Below are positions 41,193 through 64,000 of a DNA stretch of 64,000 nucleotides, piece after piece. Position 1 is the stretch's first letter; every line of letters starts with the position of its first letter. The DNA comes from Hormiphora californensis (Eukaryota > Animalia > Ctenophora), in assembly GCA_020137815.1 (NCBI GenBank), contig CM035361.1, forward strand, positions 2,852,001-2,916,000, read 5' to 3'. Both the position numbers and the translations under genes were made by a program. Under the pieces are notes generated by a model. That model worked only from the letters and a program-made list of their open reading frames with translations. It did no database searches and was not told the DNA's origin.

Positions 41193-41710
41193 TATAGGGC
41201 CCTACCTCCTCGTTCTGAAGGTTTAAGGTAGTAGTGGGGGTGTGTTGTTACTTTTTGATGTGAATTTGTTGGTGTGGAAAGGTACGTGTTTCTATTTTCG
41301 TAGGCGAGTTTTGGTGTCTGGTGAGCGTGATCTGGAGTCAGGATATGTATTCTAGTGCTCTGATCATTCCCTTTTAGAAAGTAGAATTATCTACTAAATC
41401 TTTTATAAACTTGCTTGTTACAGAATTACAGACAAACCGCTAAGTTTCGATTTAAAAACATTAGTAACAAAACTTAGTGGTTGAACATGTTCTTCTGATT
41501 ACAGTGTTTCAAACAAATCTTATTACTTTCCATCTACTTTGCAGGTCGCACAGAGAGAAGCCCCAGGAATTCAGGACAGTCCATGAAAAAAGAATCCATT
41601 GTTTATGGTGAGTTTTCCTGATATGGCAACATTGCTTTCTCTGCGAAGAATGTGACCAAACATTCCCCTTGTCATGGCGATTCACAAGATAGGGGAGGGT
41701 TAATAAAGCG

Positions 41711-42736
41711 AGAAAACCGCAGATCCACGCCACACCAACCTCACTAACACGCCCATTCTCGATTCTTGTCATTTCTGATAGAGGCCCACCCCATGTGACA
41801 CATTAAGATAAGGAAGGAAGCGGAGAAGACTGAAATCATCCCTTCTCAGAAGAGATGATTTGTGTCTCTTTCTCAGCTAGACGGTTGTCTTTTTGAATAG
41901 TCGATAAACCAAATTATAAAAGGAGCATGGTACTGGACGCTCTTTTAACTAACCTTCCCTCCCCCTCCCAGGATTATGCCGAGTACTGGTTACAACACCC
42001 TCTCTAGACGATTAGTATCATCCCATCTACAAGATATGTGTATCTAAAATCGATGCCTTGAATCAGCCGTTAGACCCGTTTCCCATAATAATAATATAAC
42101 GGAATTCGACTAACTACGGTACGGACATCGGACACGTCTACTAAAGTTAGACACGGAGCTGTCACTGTCCGCATTCCCTACAAGATGCTGCTGTAAATTG
42201 AGATTTATAGGACTATAATTATCGTTAGATTAGGATATCACGAACTCTTTTTACCATGGGTTTGAACAAAACTCTTTGAGAATATTACATACATATATTG
42301 TGATCGATAAGTAGTGTCCAGAAAGTTAACAATTGTTTGTGATCTGTCTTCTTAGAACTTTGCGTTCAATTTGTTATAAATCCATCTAATCAAAGAATAT
42401 TTATTTTGTACCCAATGTTTCGGCGGAGGGTGAAACTTTCATACTTTATCGTTGTATTAGAGAGAGGAGGGAAAGGAAGGGATTATTCCCGGGCGAAATT
42501 CACAAACACCCATAACGCTAAACCTTGTTTTGTTCAAACCTGGAGGGAGGGTCGAACAAGGCAAGCTAAACCCGTGTGTAAAAATATGGCAAATCTTGTG
42601 TCGCAGTCGCTGGGCGCGAGCGTCGAACGCCCCCAGTGTAGAAGCGTGCGCGCAAACTTCGAACGTCCATCCACAGTGTGTGTTACTTAGCTGGTCGAAG
42701 CTAGATGGTCGACCATCCCATAGTGTGTCTCCCCCC
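41711..42736 (-). repeat. Right terminal inverted repeat (~1026 bp)
   Basis: Inverted copy of 33042-34067, which produces the mirrored spurious ORFs in the track. Confidence 0.93.
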
Positions 42737-43058
42737 TTATAACATGAACAGTCATTATAGCATATTTAAGTCAAGGCGCTCAGAGTGTTTCTAAAAGTCC
42801 TTTTGTTTCTCATTATATCATCTCTTCATCAGTAACATGAACAAATTCTGTGTTTCATATACAAAAAAGTGGAATTTTTGTGGAACGCGCCGGCCATATG
42901 GAAAGCCGCCGCACAACTTTGGAGCGCGCTTGTTGATTGCGTCGCGCGCGATTAAAATTCGGCATAGAAAATTTTTGTTCACGTTTACAAATTTTCAAGT
43001 TCGCTTTTCGCCAAAAAAAACCTCTAAATTCGTGTTTCAATCGGTGTCCTTGACGAAA

Positions 43059-43529
43059 ATGAAGCTGCTGCTCATCCTAACACTGAGTATCATCATCTCC
43101 AACTCCACTGCCAAGTTGAATGGAGGAGGTTTCGGTGAAAAGTACAATTGGGTACCGTGGGAACAGGCAAAAACCATCGCCAAATCCGAGGACAAGCCCA
43201 TTATGTTGATCCTCCACAAATCCTGGTGTGGGGCATGCAAGAGGTTGAAACCAATCGTTTCAGTAAGCGATGAAATCTTGGAGTTAAGCAAGAAGTTTGT
43301 TATGGTGAACTCAGAGGATGATGAAGAACCAATGGGAGACGATTCATTTTCTCTTGACGGCGGTTATATTCCCAGGATTATTTTCCTTGACTCAGCGGGG
43401 AATATCCGGCCTGAGTTTGCCAATGTGGCCCGGGGTGACAAATACAAGTATTTCTATCCAAGTGTGGGGGATATAACACGCTCAATGGGTAATGTACTGA
43501 AACACATTAACCAGAGGAACGAACTGTAA
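43059..43529 (+). CDS. TXNDC12: Thioredoxin domain-containing protein 12 (ERp18/AGR family), intronless
   Basis: Signal peptide MKLLLILTLSIIISNSTA, then GFG..W, HKSWCGACKRLKP, FVMVN, DGGYIPRIIFLD and YKYFY, ending in the ER-retention-like RNEL. Confidence 0.95.
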   Translation: MKLLLILTLSIIISNSTAKLNGGGFGEKYNWVPWEQAKTIAKSEDKPIMLILHKSWCGACKRLKPIVSVSDEILELSKKFVMVNSEDDEEPMGDDSFSLDGGYIPRIIFLDSAGNIRPEFANVARGDKYKYFYPSVGDITRSMGNVLKHINQRNEL

Positions 43530-43693
43530 AGATGTTTAAATTGTATATGTTTTGATTAGTAGCATGCGGGAGATTGTTATGGTATTTTATTTTTTGTTTT
43601 TATCACATTTGCATCCACTCAGATAAATGTATTCTTACTAATCCTCTACATCCAGAACTTAACTAAACACCAAATACTCCTTAAAGCTATTAA

Positions 43694-44679
43694 GGCCAGA
43701 GGGGGGGGTCGGGGGGTCTAAAAAGTCACTTTCGGGGTTTGGTCCGGGTCGAAGAGCCGGACCAGATGAAATAGTTGGAATCGCTTTAGTGCGCACCGTT
43801 AAGGAGAAAATTGAGGTTAACTTTTCGCCCAAAATGAATGTAAACCTCAAAAAAGCGTGTTTATATGTCACTTACACAGATGAAAATGGTACCAATCGAT
43901 AGATTTTATCAAGGAGACTAAATGTTCAAAGTTTCAGAGCTTCAAGTCATATAGTTGTTCAGATATTTGAGGTTAACATATCTACCAAAAAACAACCTTT
44001 TGTTGAATATTTCAGAACATTTTTTTCACTTTATGCTCCACTTCCTGTAGAGACGGCTAGGACCTGGGCCTTGAAACTTGGCAGTTATGATCCTGAGATG
44101 GTGAACTAAAAATCTGGTGTAGCGATTTTTGATTTAGGCCCTAGTTCCTGAAATATTGAGGTTAACGTTTCAAAAATCAAGCTTTTTAAAATGTTAACCT
44201 CAATATTTCAGGAACTAGGGCCTGAATCAAAAATCGCTACACCAGATTTTTAGTTCACCATCTCAGGATCATAACTGCCAAGTTTCAAGGCCCAGGTCCT
44301 AGCCGTCTCTTCAGGAAGTGGAGCACAAAGTGAAATTGTGGACCTAAAGTTATCCAACAAAAGGTTGTTTTGTGGGAGATATGTTAACCTCAAATATCTG
44401 AACAACTATATGGCTTAGACCTCTGAAACTTTGAATACTTGGTCTCCTTGATAAGATCTATCGATTGGTACCATTTTCATCTGTTTAGGTGACATAAATA
44501 CAAGCTTTTTTGAGGTTTACATTCATTTTGGGCGAAAAGTTAACCTCAAAAAACAGGGCCTCCTGATACACTTAGTGCGCAGCTACCCTATCCAAAACTT
44601 TCCTACCTCCGAGTTACATCACATATGTAAACCTCAGAAAAGTGCATTTTTTGACCCTCGGACCCCCCCCCCTCTGGCC
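43694..44679. mobile_element. 986-bp foldback non-autonomous element with TTAA TSD (Kolobok-like)
   Basis: TTAA-GGCCAGAGGGGGGGGGTC...GACCCCCCCCCCTCTGGCC-TTAA. Long inverted core arms ~43815-44166 and 44193-44550. Confidence 0.85.
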
Positions 44680-44713
44680 TTAATCCCATTACCCCTCTGC
44701 CTAGCCCAGAACA

Positions 44714-49874
<5,161 letters not shown>

Positions 49875-50071
49875 AAAGTGTTTTTTTAGATGACATTGTA
49901 GGGCAGATACAAATGTTTTATTAATTTATTATAACTACCTGTTTTAACTTTTCTTTATACACTCAAAAATAGTTCTTTTGATTTTGAAATTACCGAGTTA
50001 AATTCGATTATAACGACACTCCTGTTATAGCATATTTTAGCATGTGGTTGTACTACTAAATGCTGTGAAGA

Positions 50072-59836
<9,765 letters not shown>

Positions 59837-60249
59837 ACAATATTAACATATGAACAAGTTGTTAATATTAACGGGATATGAACAAGTTGTTGATATTAAC
59901 ATGATATTATAAACACATTCTGAGACATATTCTGTTAACGTATTTGCTGCCGTTTATTGTGACCGGGGGTAATTAATAATTGTGACTTGTTAGATTTTAG
60001 ATCGTGAGAAAGGGCTCATGGGTGCTTAGAATTTCAAGGTGGGCGAAAATCAGGAACCGATCGAATTAGTTATTTAGGTCACGTGACTGGTTATCAGCCA
60101 ATCAGGGACCAGTATTTCCTTGGTGTTGCTCATGCTTTTTATTGAGCAATTCTGTAACATTTTAACCATTATTCCGAATTATTCAGAATAATACAATCGT
60201 GAAGCAGAATATTAGAGACCAACTTACCAAAAGTACCCGATATATAATA

Positions 60250-60306
60250 CAGGGTGTCCCATATTTTCTGTGGGTCGGTTGGCGAGAATATATATGGGAC
60301 ACCCTG
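60250..60306. mobile_element. Tiny Tc1/mariner MITE
   Basis: TA-CAGGGTGTCCCATAT...ATATGGGACACCCTG-TA. Confidence 0.75.
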
Positions 60307-60915
60307 TATATACCATAACGGGACAAAAGTACCGGCACTAGTAAGTTGCTCTGTAATTCTGCGGTTTGTCGAGATCACTTATTTATTAAGTTGTACGTTT
60401 AGTTGACAAACGACAACAATATGTAAAGTATATTGTACAGAATAATATAATGAAGCAAAGCTGGGATTAAAATATTGGTTTTTAGTTTAATCACAATTAA
60501 TAACCGTGTTTCGATTTGTTAGAGAACTGTCTGGTGCCGAGCAGACCCCATCTGAGCGCACTGTTGGTGATTGTTGAGTAATATATAAGGGGGAAGGGTG
60601 TCACACTCTTCCCCCTTACTCAACATGTTGGTGACATTGACACCATGCGCGACCAAGATTGAGCTCGCACACATGTGTGTGCGGGGGTCGCGCCAGTTGT
60701 CTATATGTCACCAAAGCGCACTGTCGCACGCCCATTTGAGAATCAAATCCCGGGGTCAGGCCCCGCCAGACAGTTGGGCTCCAAAGTCCTACTTGGAGTA
60801 ACAAAATCCACTTTAGTGCAAAAGTGGCGACGTCGTCTCTCCCTTCTTCCAAAATCCACGTCGGGCATGATGAAGAATCCCGTTTTATTTGTGAAGGGCA
60901 CGTTGTACAGCGGGA

Positions 60916-61215
<300 letters not shown>

Positions 61216-61722
61216 ACTGTCTGTGTGATTGTATGTATGTCTATCATATCATCGCTGAGTTGGAGTCCATCTGATCTCCTCCCTTATAAGGACTACCACC
61301 CTCACTCTCATTATAGCTGAAGACGTGATACACAGTGATCTCGAAAGCTTCTGTCAATTTATTTGATTTAGTACCATTATATCGTAATCTATCTTGTTAA
61401 TCCATTTGATCTATCTTTGCCTGTCTGTCACGGCGGACCCTAATCTGAGCGCATTGCCAAGTCGTGGTCTGGTACCGCTAGACAGATCTTTGTCCTGAAT
61501 GGGTTTCCTACAAAAGAGACAATGGAATTCGGAGTATTGACGGTGCAATTTGGAGATTGAATTATTCGAATAACGTGCGCTTACCTACTTCATGTAGACC
61601 TAGTGACTGCGGGTCATACTTGCCGAGTCATTGAGAACACCAACCTCAATAAACCTACTCTACCGTTTCTTATTACTCATTTCTCGATTTGATTTTGATT
61701 TGGCTGTACAGCAAACGCGGCT

Positions 61723-62521
61723 ATGAAGTATCTCCTGTTCATCTGTTTGATCGCAGCGGTTGCAACCGTATTAATAAAAGGTAAGCAAACGGTAGTTGAA
61801 GTTCCCAAAGCAAAGGGCGCGGCGGTATCCCTCGATTTGCGATCGGTATACCATCGCCCCAGTTCTACTATAGTATTTAAAATTCTCCCTTATTAGGCCG
61901 ATGGACTACAGAAGACCACTGGCGTTCAACTGCTACCCTCCGTGATGACTCCCTAACCTCCTCCTTCATAAGGGGTATCATTGACGAAACGCTTACCATG
62001 GACCAACTAAACCGCTTCATGGTAGATGATACGGTGTATCTGAGGGAGGTGGCCGAGATTCTCGAGGGGGTTACATACCAATGTCACCTGAACACCACTG
62101 GCACCTGCACAGAACCATTATTGGAGTTTCTCAGGGTAGCTGCATTCAAATGGGGGATCTACGCGGAGGAATACGCAGCCCGCTACAACGTCACTATTGA
62201 TACTATTGGAGGGCCTGAGATATCGGGGTACATTGACCACATTCAACAGGTGGCAACGACTCAAGACCCTGTCTATACTGTTGTCGCTTTGATCCCCTGT
62301 GCGCGACTTTGGCCCTGGCTCGGTCAGAAGATAGGATCGGGAGTTATGGGATATTCAGTGAGTGGGTGGAGTACAATCTGTACCCTGACAGCACCGGCTA
62401 TCTGATGTACCAAGCGATGGTGGACGATGGTATCAACAGAGGAGTCGTGGAGTTTGAAACTGCCGACACGATATACCGGGAAAGCCTCAGACATGAGGCA
62501 ACGTTCTTTAACTCTGTCTAA
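61723..62521 (+). CDS. TenA/thiaminase II-family protein with a predicted signal peptide; 1-nt frameshift at ~62340
   Basis: Exon 1 (61723-61780, MKYLLFICLIAAVATVLIKG) splices in phase to exon 2 from 61897. Motifs SSFIRGIIDETLTMDQLNRFMVDDTVYL, GYIDHI, VVALIPCARLWPWLG, then (shifted frame) YGIFSEWVEYN...ESLRHEATFFNSV. Confidence 0.8.
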
Positions 62522-62865
62522 ATAAGAACACGCGTTATGCCTTGAGCTAGCCAGGATTTAGCAATTTAGCATACATTAATTCATAGAGATTCGTAAACAA
62601 ACCTAAAATTCCAAACAGAAACATTAGTGGAATCGGAGACTGAGATTATGACGTTTTTACTTTTGAAACGTAGTGCCTGTCTGTCTCATATCACGTTTCT
62701 TAGGTTTAGTTAGTGTCAAATAGGTCTCGCAATACCAAGCTATGATATCCTGGATAACAATTAACAGCTAGTGAGATTGATTCCAATATTGTTCGCTATA
62801 ATAGTACAAGTGTAGTTACAACCTTTTACTCGTTCACGGCAGTATAATACATAGTAGTTCATTGT

Positions 62866-64000
62866 TCAAGTTTCAGTCTCCGCATGTGGAGCCTCATCAG
62901 AGATCACTTTTCCTCTCACCCTTTCAACAACCGAGGTCACACTTCGTAGTGTACCATATCTTATCATATTTATTGGCTTGCTGATTAGATACTTCAAGAT
63001 GAGTGGTTCGTACAGAATCGGATTGATAACAGAGTTAATGGGAAGGATGATGATGGAGAAGTAGGGGTACCATGGGGATGCATCAATCACCTCACCCAAA
63101 TGCAGCATCGCTACAACACAGAGAGGCAGCCAACAGCACATATCTGTAACAATGATCGCTGTGATTTTAGCTTGAAGCTTCACATTGGACCGGGATACGG
63201 CCTGGACATTCCTGGAAGATCGAGTTGTTCGAGCTGCGAGGATGAGGTAGCAAGCTGAAATGACAACAAAACATGCCAGGTTGATGGCTATGATGGAGGT
63301 TGAATAAATCCATTGGGGGTCGTCCCTGGTCACGAGGTATTTAAAAATGCAGACCCCATCGTTACCGTAGAAACGAATAGTCGCCTGCGATACTCCTGGG
63401 AAAAAAGGTTATATCAGTTTGTGGCATTATTCTATTATTATTATTTCAGCAAGCCAGCTGTTGAATTGTTGATGTCTTTAGATCTGTGTATAATCAGCAT
63501 ACCTCCCTTTTCAGTATCTTTAGAAAACATGTCTATCGCCAAAGACCGGATATTTTTCCACGAAAATCCAGCTTGTGTGCTGAGCAGGGACCTCCCTTTA
63601 AAATACTTCCTGAATGCCGCAAAATGGGTAGATTTATCTATTGGCCCGACAAACAGAGGCGATTGGTGGTAGTAAAGCCCATTCACAAAGTAATCTTCGA
63701 ATATCTCGAACAGGGGAATACTTGCAACGAGTAGACTGGAAACCACCGGTAGTAAGAGTATAACAGCTATCTTAGTTCCAGACTTGGATGAACACCGTTC
63801 ACTCTGGACAAGGTTTTGAAGGTTTGTAACTCGGATGACACTGAGCGTGGTCATAGCAAACAGGGACAATTGAGTTCCACCAGTACTGAGAACACCAAGA
63901 AGAGAGCAGGTATCTGAGCTCAACCAGCTGTACTTCTCACGACAGTAGTCTCCGCTTTGGTAGAAGATGAAATCTTTCACGGATATGAAGATAAGGTATA
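62866..64000 (-). CDS. Rhodopsin-class GPCR, LGR/GRL101-like 7TM region (5' end outside window)
   Basis: Exons >64000-63503 and 63395-62866. Motifs W.SS.TCSLLGVLST..QLSLFAMTTLS.IR (TM3), FYGNDGVC, IIVTDMCCWLP (TM6) and ILPINSVINPILY (TM7). Confidence 0.88.

Larger units (their letters stand above)
33042..42736. mobile_element. Autonomous PIF/Harbinger DNA transposon, 9695 bp, with ~1 kb TIRs
   Basis: TTA direct repeats at 33039-33041 and 42737-42739, termini GGGGGGAGAC/GTCTCCCCCC, inverted arms 33042-34067 and 41711-42736, and an internal DDE transposase plus Myb/SANT-like ORF. Confidence 0.92.

Noticed and set aside
42837-43058. 74-aa N-terminal extension of the TXNDC12 ORF
   Set aside because: The signal peptide starts at ATG 43059; the upstream part looks like promoter/UTR read in frame by chance.

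Overview
Eukaryotic genomic DNA with many short GT-AG introns, from a draft assembly with a 100-N gap and signs of homopolymer errors. The repeat families and an expanded secreted-domain family suggest a ctenophore, probably Pleurobrachia-like; this is inference. Genes: partial CHMP2B (-); a ~29 kb TOG-array gene, TOGARAM/crescerin (+); TXNDC12/ERp18 (+); RSL1D1 (+) with a nested antisense gene for a secreted protein (unnamed domain-Sushi-unnamed domain) in its last intron; a SIM-containing RING-H2 ligase (+); a signal-peptide-bearing TenA/thiaminase-like gene (+); and a partial LGR/GRL101-like GPCR (-). The main element is an apparently intact 9.7 kb PIF/Harbinger transposon (33042-42736) with a TTA target duplication, ~1 kb terminal inverted repeats, a spliced DDE transposase and a divergent Myb/SANT-like partner carrying zinc fingers and 47-aa repeats. 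The window also has three 1-1.5 kb foldback elements, hAT-, mariner- and MULE-type MITEs, a tRNA-Val-like unit inside a repeat, and mini- and microsatellites.
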